A DNA stretch of 64,000 bases from Glaucostegus cemiculus (Eukaryota), in assembly GCA_976551045.1 (NCBI GenBank), contig CDPCPM010000102.1, positions 2,790,001-2,854,000 on the forward strand, in the 5' to 3' direction. Position 1 is the stretch's first letter. Each line of letters starts with the position of its first letter. Of the stretch, positions 13,181-26,523 are shown one piece after another. The position numbers and the translations under genes are program-made. Below the pieces are notes generated by a model. The model saw nothing but the letters and a program-made list of their open reading frames with translations. It did no database searches and was not told where the DNA came from.

Positions 13181-16045
13181 CCCTTAAGCTTTATTAACGA
13201 TTTGGGTAGTTTGCTTATAGGTACTGATATGATTGTCTTCAAACATGCTGGAGGCATGCCATCTATTTAATTAGTTTATATTTCACTCTTGCCAGCAAAG
13301 CTAGTTCTGAATGTTAATAGCAAATTTTAAATACTTATGTACTCAAAATTCTAAATTACAATAATTATCTAGCTGATCTGTTGACGAGTGATATAAGTAG
13401 TATATAGTTGTCTATAAGTTGTTATAGAAATGATTTCTTGCCTGGGAAAGTAGCCTGGGCTTTCAGTGCAGGTGAGATCACAGACATAGATTGTTTTGAA
13501 CAACTTCTAGATCCTAACCATGAGTGACCTATGTTTTTTGTTAAATACCTGACTGTTCGGGAGCACCCAGATCCACATATCGATGTTCCTTATGAATTGA
13601 TACAAAAAAAAAATCCATGGTACAAGATTGATGCTAAATGTCTTTAAATGATCCTGAACTGCATTCAAGCATGAAACTTGTAAAAGTGAATGGCACCAAT
13701 GAGAACTATTAGTGTTAAAAAATATGTTGGAAAAAATATCTGTAGGTAGTATATTTTTTTAAAACAGCTTCTCTAATTAGGATATTTCAATGGTGACAGT
13801 TAAACATCAGTAGATATCACCAGAGTTTACACATCCTCTGCAGGAGTTTGGATACAGCAATATTCATACCATTATCTAGAAGTATCTGATGCCTATACCA
13901 TTTGAATTAATTTTGGATCTTTTAAACTTAGATACAAGATCACATTTTGGAAAAGGGACTTGGTAATGAAGTTTTGCCTGGGACTTGCTGGGCCAAGCCT
14001 TTTAATTAGCACATTCAAATGAAATAAGGCTTGATGAAATTTATGTTTGGCAAGAAAAATAACTTCATTTTTGATGTATCACTTGCAGTGACATGCATTC
14101 TCAGTAACTGATACTGGTCTGATCATTTAATAGATTAAAAACATGTATGTAGAATATATTTATTTGGGTAGGTGCTGTGTTTTATATGAACAAATGAAGA
14201 TCCGGTTATTGGATTGAATAGTGACCTTCTGGATTTTTTCTGCACTTTCAGTTTTTCAGTATACCTTCAGTTTAGAAAAGCAACCTCTACTGCCAATTGA
14301 GTCATGTATAGTGTATGCAAGTCTGGTATTTGTTGGCTACTTCAGCATTATGCCTTTAAGAGTTCAGGCAAGAAAGTGAAATCATAGGATGTTAATTGTA
14401 ACAAAATGTCACATTATCACTGACACTCAAAAAAAAGATTAAATTTTGGCATTCTTATACACTCAAAATTCTAGATGTACAATAATTAACTAGGTTGAGG
14501 CCGCAGCTGTGATGATTTGTATGCCAATTAAGGTGCTATTTATTGGATGTTCATGGATTTTTTTCATCAATGGCATGATATTGAGATAAATTGTGGAAAG
14601 TCTAGACTATACAGATCTTGTATCTCGCAACATAATCATGGTAACTTGCACTTTCCATATACTGTTCAAAATACATCTATATTTTATTAAATCACATGCA
14701 TATATTATAATTTCTCATCTGTTTTTATCCACAAACTGGAAATTTTCAACTTGTTTACAGCCTTTACAGAATAAACAGATTCCAGTTCTGCTGCCAAATG
14801 GGAACAGAAAATTGCATGGCAAATGACATCATCTCATAATACTCCCTCTCCACAAGGGACTCATTTACTCCTGTGACTACATAGGCTAGACTACAGTTTC
14901 CTTGAGCAGAATAAGTTTTATATGAACTGAAATCTGCATGGTTATTGTCTGCCAAGTATAACTCGAGGCTGGCCATGTCTGATAATTATACTCTGCATCA
15001 TGCTAAGTGATTTACTGAGAAATACATGGGCTGCTCACTATCTGCTCTTGTCAACTAGATAGGTGCATAATAATACCTCTTTCCCCCTCATACCCCTCCC
15101 CTTCCCCCCACCAATCAGACTAAAATTAATTGTACTGTTACTTGTAAAAAAAATTAATACAGTACCATAAGCAAGCTTGCATTTTGTACAAGTGAAGGTG
15201 ACTTCTTTAAAACAAAGACTACATCTGCACTTCTTACAGGTTCTCTCAGTAAGTTATGTGGAATGCTGTTTGCACTGGTAAATACCTATAATTATTTCTT
15301 TCTTAATTCCTGTTATCCCGTGTATGCATAGAGACTTGGTGAATGGAAGACTGAAGTAATCAAGAGGATCCCTGGATCTTGAGTAAATTTTCCTTTTAAA
15401 TAACATTCAAACACAGTTCTTGATTATATCACACATCTTTGCTGATTTCATTCAGCAGCGAAAACCAATGCCTCACTCAGTGCTAAATCACTCTTTCTGA
15501 TGATTTATGATAATTGTCATTTATTTTTCCCCCAGTAATCTTGAGCAATAAATTGGAAATCACTGAAGTACCACACAAATTACATCTTTACTGGCAAACT
15601 GTACACATTAATGCTTTTTTAAATCTTTTGCTACAGCTAAATATTGCCTTAATTGATGTCTGAGCAAGGCATACTTGTTCTCTATTGCAAGGTGTCTCCT
15701 CTGTTTTTGAAAGTTGGGTATGGCGGGGAGTAGAGAACAATCTCCATTTTGACTTTGAGTATTTTAAAATTTTATAAGGACATTTGAGATGTGGTTCTGT
15801 CGCGGACCTCTTCCCAAACCTTAGTTTTTCTTTATGAATTAACCTGAAGAGAGTTTCAGTAAGCTATTCAACTCCCTGGGATATTGGAACTGAGCATGAA
15901 CATTGGAAGTGGTATCAGCAGGCAAATCCTTGGCTGAATTTCAGTCTGGACTTTCTGCGCTCCAGGATAAATTGGGCTTTCCCAAGGTCAGAACATTTCT
16001 TGTACGCATAAATGTTCCACAAGCCAAGTACTGTTGAAAGTGGAA

Positions 16046-16625
16046 ATCTAGAATAAAACTGGAAAATGCTGGAAAAATATTCAGCAAGTTGGGCAGTATC
16101 TATGGAGAGAGAAGCAGTTACTGTCTCAGGTTAATGACCTTGCATCAAAATTACAAAATGTTCCCCCCCAAACAAGTTCTAAGTTGTGAAGGAACAGGGG
16201 ATGGGATAGAGAGAACAAAAAGGACAGTCTGTGATAGGGTAGAGAAGAGGAATGATTGAATGATGCAAGTGGATGTGGTGGTGATGGCTGAAAGATGGTG
16301 GTAAATACTAGTGACTAACAATGTTTGTCTGAGGAAGGTATAAATGAAAATGCATGAAGGAAATCTGAAATTGCAAGAAGAGGAGAGAGGAAAAATACGG
16401 AATGCTGAAGGAAATGTAAGCTATCAGGTTGCAAAGGCTAATTAGCTGAAATTGTTTAATTCATCAAGTCCAGAAGGCAGTCGTGTAAAAAGAAAGAAGG
16501 TATGGTGCTGTTCCTCAAACTTACCTGCGGTTCATTGGAACAGTTTAGGAGGACAAAGTGGAAGTGCAAAAGAGAATTAAAGTGACAGGCAACTGGAAGT
16601 TTGAGTTCATTCTTGTAGACTGCAG
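16046..16625 (-). mobile_element. Penelope-like element 3' remnant (end of GIY-YIG ORF plus terminal repeat)
   Basis: Reverse strand gives ccagttgcctgtcactttaattc (PVACHFNS-like) and gaggaacagcacc (EEQH), then the shared terminal repeat at 16046-16150. Confidence 0.65.
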
Positions 16626-16959
16626 AAGAAGCTACTGTATGTCACATCACACAGTGCATTTACAAACTGAGCTCAGTGGTTGGTATCAGCTTTACACCCA
16701 TAATAATGTACTTGTTATGTGTTGACCATTCAGCAATGGAATTGCTTCCTGAATATTTGTCCTGTTGTTGATTATTTCCCTCACTTTATCAAGTTAGATC
16801 ACTTTGAATATGATTGAATGAACTTGCTAAGGGCTAGGGTGAGTTGGGGGAAGAGTGAGAACAAGATTGGTGGTGGATGGGCAGAGGGCACCGATTCGAG
16901 ATTTCTTGTTTGTAAATAAGAAAGATTGTGCTTCCCTCCCCAATCCCTTCCTTGTGTAG

Positions 16960-17104
16960 CTGAAGAAATCAAGCCGTGTCCACGATGTGGTGCATTTATC
17001 CTGAAGATGAACGATGGAAGCTGCAACAGGATGACATGTGCTGTGTGTGGCTGCCAGTTCTGCTGGCTATGCATGAAGGAAATTACAGACCTGCACTACC
17101 TCAG
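16960..17104 (+). CDS. RNF19A-like: RNF19-like coding exon 3 (RING2/Rcat)
   Basis: Acceptor cttgtgtag|, [48 protein letters not shown], donor AG|gtacag; 145 nt, phases 1 to 2. Confidence 0.96.
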
Positions 17105-18024
17105 GTACAGCACAATAGATTCTTAACAATATTTAGAACTGTTCTGAACAGGATTTCATCTGTTGTCTAACTTCTGAATGGGGATTCAATTTTCTGTACA
17201 AATCCACATCACTGAAGTGAATGGGAGAATATTTTACATCTGTGTACAGCTACCTCAGCCTGAAAGATGTGATAAATACTGCATTATGTTTCCATTGTGT
17301 CTTTCTGCCCTGTGCCTGATAACTAATCACAAATAAATAATGAGGCAGGAACATGTTACCTGTACTTCAGCTAAATACAGTGTCAACTTGCATTTGATTT
17401 TCCCTTTTCTGCCACCCTCTCTGCTAGCTAGCAACAAGAAACCTATTTTCAGTCGTTTTTGCTTTTGAGGTGTCTCCCCTTGTAAAGTGTCATTAATGTT
17501 AAAGGTTCATTTAGCATTTTGGACACTAGATCAGGCATGTATGTCTGGTGCGTCTGGCATTGAATTACACCATATGCCAGCTGAAGAACCTGGATAAATA
17601 TAAGAGTGCAGACTGTACATTATACAAGTTATATGTGATAAAGAAGTTGCTTTTGATTTAGTTTGAATTGATTTATGTTAGTGCGCAATTTTCTTGATTT
17701 TTTTTATTTTGGATGGAAAAGTATCTTCATAAGTACATAATGGATTAATTCTTTCTACCTGCTTGAAGTGGGGTGAGGGGGTGGGGTTGGGTGGCAGGGA
17801 ATTTTGGATCCCTACAGTACTGCAGACACAACTAAGTTAGGTAAGCATAATTTGGTTTGTGTTTCATTCATTTCTTGTGGGGTGATCTACTTATTTGCTG
17901 CATTGTAGTTCTGGTTAAAAAGAATTATTTTTAAGGGGTCAGCAGTTTGATCCTGTATATGATTAATGTTTCATTTCTCACAGTGGAAATTGAATAAGTT
18001 CATTGTACAGGAAATAAAGCTGGC

Positions 18025-18780
18025 AATAAAACTGAATGTTGGGAATTCTCAGCAGGGCACATAATATCTAAGGAAAAAATGGGTAATATCTCGGGTCATT
18101 ATTTCATCAGAATTGGGAAATTTTGGAGAAGTAAGTTTTCAGAAAAGAGGAAGGATGGAGCGAATACAGAACATCTGTGATAGGAAGAGGGCAGAAGGGG
18201 GAAAAGGGCTCTGAGTGTGTAAATATGAAATACTCGACTGGGATTGCTGATTACCTGAAATTGTTAAATTGCAAGTTATGTAATGTGCCTGTTGGGAAGA
18301 TGAAGTGTTTATTGAGCTTAGTATTTGTGGGACCAGACAAAGGAGTCATAGTGAAGAGAATAGGCAATTAAAGTGATTGGCTAAGGTCACCCTTGCAGTC
18401 TGAATAGAGGTGTTCTGCAAAGCAGTCCTATAACCTGCTTTTGGTTGCCCCACTGCAGAGAAGATCATATTGTATGCAGTGCATTGACTAAACTGAAGTG
18501 GAAGTAGTACAAATAAATTACTGCCGTAACTGGGAAGGTAGTTGTTGGACTCTGGCTTGTGGTGGGTACCTGTCACTCAATTGAAATGGTCATAGGGAGG
18601 ATTGAGATAGACCACCTGAAGGTGAGAGTAGAGTGGAAGCTGACAGCATGGCTGATAATTTCATGTTCAGTGCAACAATATGAAGCAATACCAGTACAAT
18701 CATTATGTATGGGGCTTGGGGAGGGGGAAGTGAGGGAATAGACTTGAGTAGGACTGAAGCAAGGAATGTTCCATGTATCC
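18025..18780 (-). mobile_element. Penelope-like element remnant with GIY-YIG region
   Basis: Reverse of 18405-18460 reads ...ggggcaaccaaaagcaggttataggactgctttgcagaacacct (GETKRRLGDRFAEHL-like); terminal repeat with ctgatga at about 18050-18112. Confidence 0.65.
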
Positions 18781-20344
18781 TACAGACTTGAGCAGGACTG
18801 GTCGGGACCCCTTAGGCAGAGTCTTTATTCCCCTTTCTCATAACGACAAAAATCTTAGATATTTAAGTAAACTAGGATTGGATTGGATTTCATTAAGTTA
18901 GGAATATTGAGGTTTTTTTTAAACATTGTGCGCAAAAGGGCTTGTACTGTGCTGTTATGTTCTATGACAGATACAGAAATACTTCAGAACAAGAAGTTAG
19001 AATCTTGACACTAGGGCTTGTTCATTTAGCAGTGTCATCATGAAGCACTGTCTCCCAAAAGTCAAAGTCGAGTTTATTGTCCTGTGCATGAATACATGTA
19101 TAGATGCAATGAAAAACTTACTTGCAGCAGCACCACAGGCACATAGGATCAGATAGGCAACGTTCACAAGGAAAACATAGATTAAACATAAATTATACAT
19201 AATTTCTTTTCCAAGAATTTCAAAAGATTGTGGGTGCCAAGCCATTAGGATTTCCAAGACTGAGTTTCATAAGTATTTGTAGCTAAGAGATACGGAACAA
19301 AGGCAATTAACGTTATTGGACAAATAAGCCATTACCTAAAGGCAAACAGAGTTGAAGGACTGAGTAGCCACCTTTTAATCAAGCAGCCATGGGGAGATTC
19401 TAAATTATTCTCTCTGAGTGGGGAAAAAAGTGGCAGCAATGCTGAGAGGATGGTGGGTGGGCACTCAATAATCTGTGCAGAGCTGTTTTGATGAAGCAAG
19501 AGTTTTTGCTGCCACTCTGTACAGTGGTGGCTGAAGTAAAAGTGGCAGAGAGGGGAGAACTGCTGTTGATGGTGAAGCCTGGATAATGTTTGTCACATTT
19601 TTTCACACTGCATCATGAACAAAAACTATAATAGGAGTATAAAATACACTAGTCTGTACTGAGTAGGAGTATTTGCATGAGGAAGGTTCAAAATTTGCTT
19701 TCCCCTCTTAAAAATATATTGGTCAATTATGCTGTGATATCATTTTGTTCCTAAGAGTAATAAACTACACAGTGTCTAAGCTTAACATCAATAACTTTTG
19801 CTTTCTCCTTCAATTTTTCATTCAAGGAAAAGAATTTCAAACTAAAAATAATTTGCCAGTTTCACTGGCCTTCTGAAATCTGTCAAGCATTTATTAAACT
19901 GTCATGCACTAATGTTTTTTTTGGAATAAATAACAGTATTTGTTTTCTGATGGACTCTACACAGGGATTTAGTTCAGGTGATTTAAGAGGTAGCTGAGTC
20001 AATTTTAGTAATAACATATTTTCTGCCATCCAGTGGCCGCCATGGTGCCTTGCTGTGCAGATACCAGGATGTCTGTTTAGCAGGCAGCTCTAGGAGGACA
20101 AGTGCATGTGAAAACCCAACCAGCTGAAGGAAATGCCTAAAATGAGGTAAATGAGCAGGTTTGAGGATGCCATGGTTTGGCTAAAATGGTTTACAATTAA
20201 ACCGTAATCTTTTAGAATCCATAGCAAATATATAGATGTTCTGCAGCTAAACTATTGAGTTAGTTCATAAGGTGTGTATCCTACTTCAGCTGGTCATTTG
20301 ACCATAAGGGTATAGGAGCATAATGATAATGGTACCTTTTTATT

Positions 20345-20890
20345 TACTCATTTTCTCAAAAGAAGCACTTATTACCCATGCCTAATTGCCCTTGAGAAGG
20401 TGATAGTGGGCAGCCTTCTTGAACCACTGCAGACCTTCTGGTGAAGGTCGTACCACAGAGCTGTTTGGCAGGGAGTTCCAGGATTTAGACCCAGCATTAA
20501 TGAAGGAACAGGAATACCTTTCCAGGTCAGCTGGGTGTACGACTTGGAGGGGAACTTGAAGGTGGCGGTGTTTCCATGCATCTGCTGTCATTGTTCTCCT
20601 AGTGGTAGAACTGTGAGTGTGTAAGGCACTGTCACAGTGGCTTGGGTGAAAAAATGTACTGCAAATATATAGATGATATATTCTGTAGTCACTGTGCACC
20701 AGTGCTAGAGAGAATGGATGTTTTGGATGGTGAATGCGGTGCCAGTGAAATAGGCTGCTTTGTCTTAGATTGTGTCAAGCTTCTTAAGACTTGTTGATGC
20801 TGCCCTCATCCAGGCTGATAAGGCCTTGGAGTGTCAGAAGGTGAGTCACCCCCACAGGATACCCAGCCTCTGACCTGGTCTTGTATCCAC
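20345..20890 (-). mobile_element. Family-B LINE 3' fragment
   Basis: Reverse complement matches 33480-33880 (gggtctaaatcctggaactccc, ttcaagaaggc, gggcaattagg). Confidence 0.75.
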
Positions 20891-21349
20891 AAATGTGACC
20901 AGCAATCCCAAAGCCTAGACTAATATCTGATGGCATGGGTTCATATTCCACAGTAATAGCTAGAGATTTTCAAAACTGTTAATTTGATTGGTAACAGATT
21001 GTTATAAATAAACATTTGGTTTACTAATGTCCTTATAGGAAGGTGAATCCATATCTGGTTTGGCCCACATATTATTCTAGACATAGGCAACAGTTACAAG
21101 CCTATCGTGTTGCAATAAAATGTCTTAGAAAGCCATTCAGTTGTGTCAGACTATCATGTAAACCATCAAGTAAAACTAAGCACCAGACTGGAGAAAGGCA
21201 TTACCAGCTTATTTGACTCAGAAACAGAGGGGTTTTTCAATCATGGGATTTGGACTAAAATTGGACAGAGCTATTGCACAGGCCTATAGTCACAACAACC
21301 TGACTTTGTCATGTTCTTAATTTTTCCAGCCCAGTTTAATTTTATACAT

Positions 21350-23150
21350 CTGAGGTAATCTCTGTATGTCCTAAACTATTCCTCCATCTCTTTCCAGCCA
21401 ACAGGCATACTAGAGGTATGTGGTGGGATGGGAGCTGTCCATTGTATCAGATTATAGTTTTTTTTTGTGATTTTCCAACTATCACTTGCTCTCCAATGAT
21501 ATTTCATATTGAAAACTACTTGAGAGATGAACTGATCAGAAACATCACAGAATTTATTCTGATTAGTAATTTCAATCCCCATCATTAAGAGGGGCTTGAA
21601 GCATCATGTGACTAAACCATAAAGGACATAGCTGCCAGACAGCCCACAGCAGGTGCTGAGAGAACCAGCATAAGGGCAAAACCTATTCATGCTGATCAGT
21701 CTAAGCATTATCATGTGCCTGGCCATGATGTCATTGGTAGAAATGACCATTTCATTTTCCTTGCGGAGACTCAAGTCTGAGGATACCCTCCAAAATTGTG
21801 TGCCATGACCACGATGCTGAATGGGATTGACTAAGAAATGAACAAACAGCAAAAGAACTGGATGTCTGAGGTGCTGTGAGACACCAGCAGCAGTGGAAGT
21901 GTGAGCTCCCACTGTCTATCACCTTGTTGCAAGCATGTCACTCAGTGTTCCAACCTAGGGAGTTAATCATAGCTCAGAGGGTATTATGGAAGGATGTGCC
22001 AGGAGTAGTACCAGATGCATCTATAAATAAGATGCAAAGTAGTGAGCCTGCAATATAGGCCTATGTACATGATGAAAAGCAGAAACAACATGCAGTAGAT
22101 GGAGCTAAACAGTGCCACAACCAGTAAATTAGAAGAAAGCTCTGCAATCTTTCCACATACAGTAGAGAATGGGTGTGATCAATTGGGATAACTGGAGGGA
22201 GGAGAAAGCTTCCATGAGCATCCCTATCCTCAACTGCTGCAGAAGCTAGCACATGCATAGAAAACAAATATTTGCAACTGCCTTCAGCCAAAAGTGCTGG
22301 TTGGATAAATCGTCTTGACCTTCTGTGATCCCTCCTTTGCACTGAAGCTAGCCTCAGCCAATTGCATTACTGCTTATTTATTGTTCAATACATCAGATAC
22401 AGGAAAGACTTTGGATCTTGCCAATATGCTGACTGTAATACTGATGATATGTTCCATGATCAGCCCTCCTTTAGCTTTACTATTCCAGAACAACTAAAAC
22501 ATCAGTATCACTGGGAATACAATACCCAGATGTATTCTGTTCCCAAAAAACAAAGCATAGACAATCCATCCAAATACTATCCCATCATTTTCTCAAATAT
22601 TAGCAGGTTGATAGACAACACACACAAAAGGCTGGAGAAACTCAGCATTTTAGGCAGCATCTATGGAGGCAGATAAACAATTGAAGTTTTGGGTCATGAC
22701 AATGTCGTTTACAATGCAAGCAATAATATGCATTGTCTGCATGCAATAGCATGCTCACTGATGTGCACTTGGGTTTTGTAGAGCCACTGTTAAAGACCTC
22801 AATGCAGTCTTGATTCAAAAATAGACGGAAGCTGAATTCCAGAGGCAAGCCAGCAAGGCAGAATGTGGTGTCAAGCCCTGAGATTGTTGTAGATGGGAAT
22901 TGTCTTGGGATGTTGCTGCAGTTCTCCATGGCCATAGTTTCTCAGGTTAGAGTCCCCAGGCCCAACCATCGTCTATTTAATTATTGACCTTTCCTTCATC
23001 ATGATAAAAGTGAGGTGTTTGCTAATGGTTGCACCTTGTGGTATTTGTAACATCTAAGATAATAAAAGTAGGAAATGTATTCAGCAAGATCCTTCAACAC
23101 TCAGGATTGTGCTTCTAGTGGCTTAATGTTCTGGTGTGTGGCTGACAAAA
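21350..23150 (+). mobile_element. Highly degenerate family-B LINE internal fragments
   Basis: Patches such as ggcccaaccatc...tgacctttccttcatcat...gtgtttgctaatggttgc (22960-23032) match the RT segment at 32695-32775. Confidence 0.5.
22620..22700 (-). mobile_element. Penelope-type terminal repeat fragment
   Basis: gctggagaaactcagc...aggcagcatctatggag...gttttgggtcatgac matches the left arms at 29390 and 61697. Confidence 0.6.
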
Positions 23151-23640
23151 CTCCTCCTGCAAAAAGATTCTATTGGACGATAGTGTTGTCCAGAGGGTCA
23201 AGATAATAGATCTTATTTTTAATGAATGTTGAATGTTAGGCATTATCGCCTATGCTTTAAGCGGGCAAGTCAATGACATGGGGGTCAACCTCCAAGTGTA
23301 CAAGCTTTGCTGCAAACTACAGCTTAAATACTGAAACTGAGGTGACCTTTGTCCAAAATATAGTTCTAATAGGTTGAATGGTTTCTCATTAGTTCTGAAA
23401 ATTAGGTCTACTCGTGTGGAACATTTATCAGGGGGAGGTTCTGCATTGCAGTAAGAAAGATCAGAAAAATATTTGTTGAGGGAGCGATGTAGCATTGTTT
23501 GACACCAGTTTCTCACTGAGATTGGCTCTGCCATTGACCCATTTGGTAGGATCATGACTAGCATACCATCATGAAACAAACATAAGATGGAGAACTAGTT
23601 CTCCGGTCAACAGAATTTGAGAAAAGTACTTCATGGTCCC
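23150..23640 (-). mobile_element. RTE-clade LINE remnant
   Basis: FHDGMLVMILPNGSMAEPISV...VDLIFRTNEKPFNL, homologous to 46780-46990. Confidence 0.6.
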
Positions 23641-24634
23641 TTTTTGTTGATGGTTAGGGGTTTTAATGAAGTTGTAAAAAGGCATCTATAGTGTTTGGTG
23701 CTGTTCCCCAAGTTAGAGACGTTGTGTGGTGAAGGTCACATCTCTACTGTGCCTCTAGATGGGTAGAATCCACACTGATTTGAAGAGCAGCTGTTCAGCC
23801 ACTAGGAGTAGGTAATCAAGGAGGATCCCGGTGAAGACAGGAGGACTGTGACAGAAGATCGCAGACTCTTAGCACACTCATGCTTGTGCACACCTAGAAA
23901 TGAGCATAAAATGTACATCAATGTTTCCAACCTGACAAGTACACATTCCACCACCTTGTATGTAACTGGAACTAACCTTTTGCCTTGGGTTTTTTATCAT
24001 TTGTTTGAGGTCCACCTCCTGAAGTATGATTTTTTTGAAAGCATTAACCTTCATTCTGTTTTGCTCAAGATGAGCATCTACCCATGGCTACCGTTAAGCA
24101 AATGAGAACCTCCTGCCAGAAGGCCCACCAATGGTCATGGATGCTTGCTTTGTCTGCAGGCCACTGCTAACGTTCTGAATCTATAACTCAATTTCAAGTC
24201 AGTCTTCAATTTCAAGTCCAATTTCTGCTTTACTATTAGTCCACCACTTATTTTGGTTTGAAAAATGCTGCAATATGTACTTCTATCCTAGTATTTTTAA
24301 TATACAGCCTTGTATACTCTACAGTTTAGTGCTTTTGAATCTGTTTTTAAATTCTCCTGAGTAAAGAATTGACTTCAGTACCATTCAAATTTAAACATCA
24401 TTTTACTTACCTTTTAAGTGGGTTTGTCTGCTGCTGCCCATTGGCTTAGAAGCTGAGTTTAATAATCCAATATACTCATGTCAGTTATTTCCATGCACTC
24501 ATTGGCCTCTTATAGATGTTTTTGCAATTTATTAACTCGTGCTTCCTGCATTTAATTGTTTCTGGAAGTCACAGTCTTTGTTTCCAAAGGGAGGTGATCC
24601 ATTTAAACTTAATTTGTTATCCTTATGTTTATAG

Positions 24635-24797
24635 TCCCTCTGGCTGCACTTTCTGGGGCAAAAAACCTTGGAGCCGGAAGAAGAAGATTCTCTGGCAAGT
24701 GGGCATGTTGGTTGGTGCTCCAGTTGGAATTACATTGATTGCTGGCATTGCTGTTCCGGTTATGATGGTTGGTCTCCCTATCTATGTGGGGCGAAAG
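24635..24797 (+). CDS. RNF19A-like: RNF19-like coding exon 4 (end of RING2, hydrophobic segment 1)
   Basis: Acceptor gtttatag|, [55 protein letters not shown], donor AAG|gtaagc; 163 nt, phases 2 to 0. Confidence 0.96.
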
Positions 24798-25632
24798 GTA
24801 AGCATCAAATGAAATCATACACGCGCCTTTTGTATTTGCAAGGTTATCTTCCTTTTACTTTTGTAGAGTTTTGGTAAAGCAGTATGCATTTAATTATTGA
24901 CTCAAAACTGTAGTTAGACTTGGCAGAATATGTAAGTGTTTCTCCTGTATCTATTTTGCAAATATAGGAGTGGGGTGATTTTCTTGTATGTTTTATGTTT
25001 TTTCTCTCTCCCCTGCCAATCCATTCTAAGTAGAAAATAAGCTCTCACAATGTGGGAATTCTATCTCTTTCAGTCCATCTCCCTTCACTGTGAATTATTA
25101 TGGATGTTTAATTCTCCATTTTCCTGCTGCAGCACACCCATCCCAACCAGCCAGTTTCTTTTGTCACTCCCTCCAATTAAGTAGTATTCCAGCATGAAAT
25201 AAAAATGGAAACATTTGAATGTTCACAGCAGGTGAGACAGATTGAGTTGGAAGCAAAGTTAGTAATTGGTTTCCTATTGATGTATTTCTCTCATTTTCTC
25301 CTGTGATCATCTTTGCAGTGTGAGTAGCTTTCTGTATTTCTACATTCAGCATATTTCTCGTCAAACAGCACTCTTCCTAATGTGCTTAATGAACTTGATT
25401 GCGTTTTTTGCTGGAAGGATTCTAGTATATGTGTTGTGCTGTTAGTTGGATTTTACTACTGGTTGCATTTATCAAACACATTTATCAAACAAAGACTTAT
25501 AATGGCGTGTTGCATTTATCAAACACGCCATTATAAGTCTGTAGTGCTTTGCTTAAAAGCAATATGAATGATAGATTTATAAGATTCCTTAAAATTGAGT
25601 TATTAAAATAATTATGTGTTTACTCTTTACAG

Positions 25633-25747
25633 ATTTATAGTCGTTGTGAAAGTAATAAGATATCAAATCATAGACGAAGACTTGCTGTAGCTGGAGGAGT
25701 TGTTCTGTCCATTATCGTGTCTCCTGTGTTAGCTGCAGTGACAGTTG
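25633..25747 (+). CDS. RNF19A-like: RNF19-like coding exon 5 (not in the ORF track)
   Basis: Acceptor ctctttacag|, hand translation [39 protein letters not shown], donor G|gtaagg; 115 nt, phases 0 to 1. Confidence 0.95.
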
Positions 25748-26007
25748 GTAAGGTTTAACATAGAGCAATAACATCAAGTTAGTTAACTTGTTTATTAGCA
25801 GACTTTGCAGCATACATTTTGCTTTTTTAAGTGAGGAAGAACATTTAGGATCTTGTATTGATTATTTTTGATGTACAAGAATGACATTTTCTCAGTTTGC
25901 ATCCAGTCAAAGACCAAGCAAAAGCATGGAAGTATCACTGCTGGCATAATAGTGAATGATGTTATTTTCTGAAGCAAAGTATTTCAATTCTTTTTGTATT
26001 TTTTAAG

Positions 26008-26142
26008 GCATTGGCGTACCTATAATGCTTGCATATGTTTACGGTGTTGTCCCAGTATCACTCTGTCGTAGTGATTGGTGTGGAGTTACAACTGGAAATG
26101 GAAAAGGTGTAAAGATTGAAATAGATGAAGATGCTGCCTCTG
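26008..26142 (+). CDS. RNF19A-like: RNF19-like coding exon 6 (not in the ORF track)
   Basis: Acceptor ttttttaag|, [45 protein letters not shown], donor G|gtaagt; 135 nt, phases 1 to 1. Confidence 0.95.
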
Positions 26143-26523
26143 GTAAGTTTAACTAATATTTATTCAAGAACTAAAACTTGCCTAGTTAGATTTATTCTAC
26201 ATGTGTTCTAAATATTTAGCTCCCTGATTGTTGATAAAGTTTGTCATGTATCAAAGATGCTGGAAAAAACTCTCAAGAGTAGGAGGAATCCTTCTATCTG
26301 GCCTATACTCATTGCTATAGCTAACTTCTGAATGGTCCTTGTGACAAGTTATTGCATGTTGAAGAGTAAAACAGCAATCAAGGAGACATACAGACAATCG
26401 TACTTCACAAGAACGGTCCAATCTAGTCCACGATGCATGTACAAGCAAAGAAGATTGATCAGCTTTTCAGCATAACAAACAGTCATTCCCTTTGTCACAG
26501 ATGAATCTACTACCATTTCACTA

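Noticed and set aside
16960-17104. Calling the gene a pseudogene because of the active-site change
   Set aside because: All eight exons are in frame with canonical splice sites, and the zinc ligands and catalytic Cys are retained.
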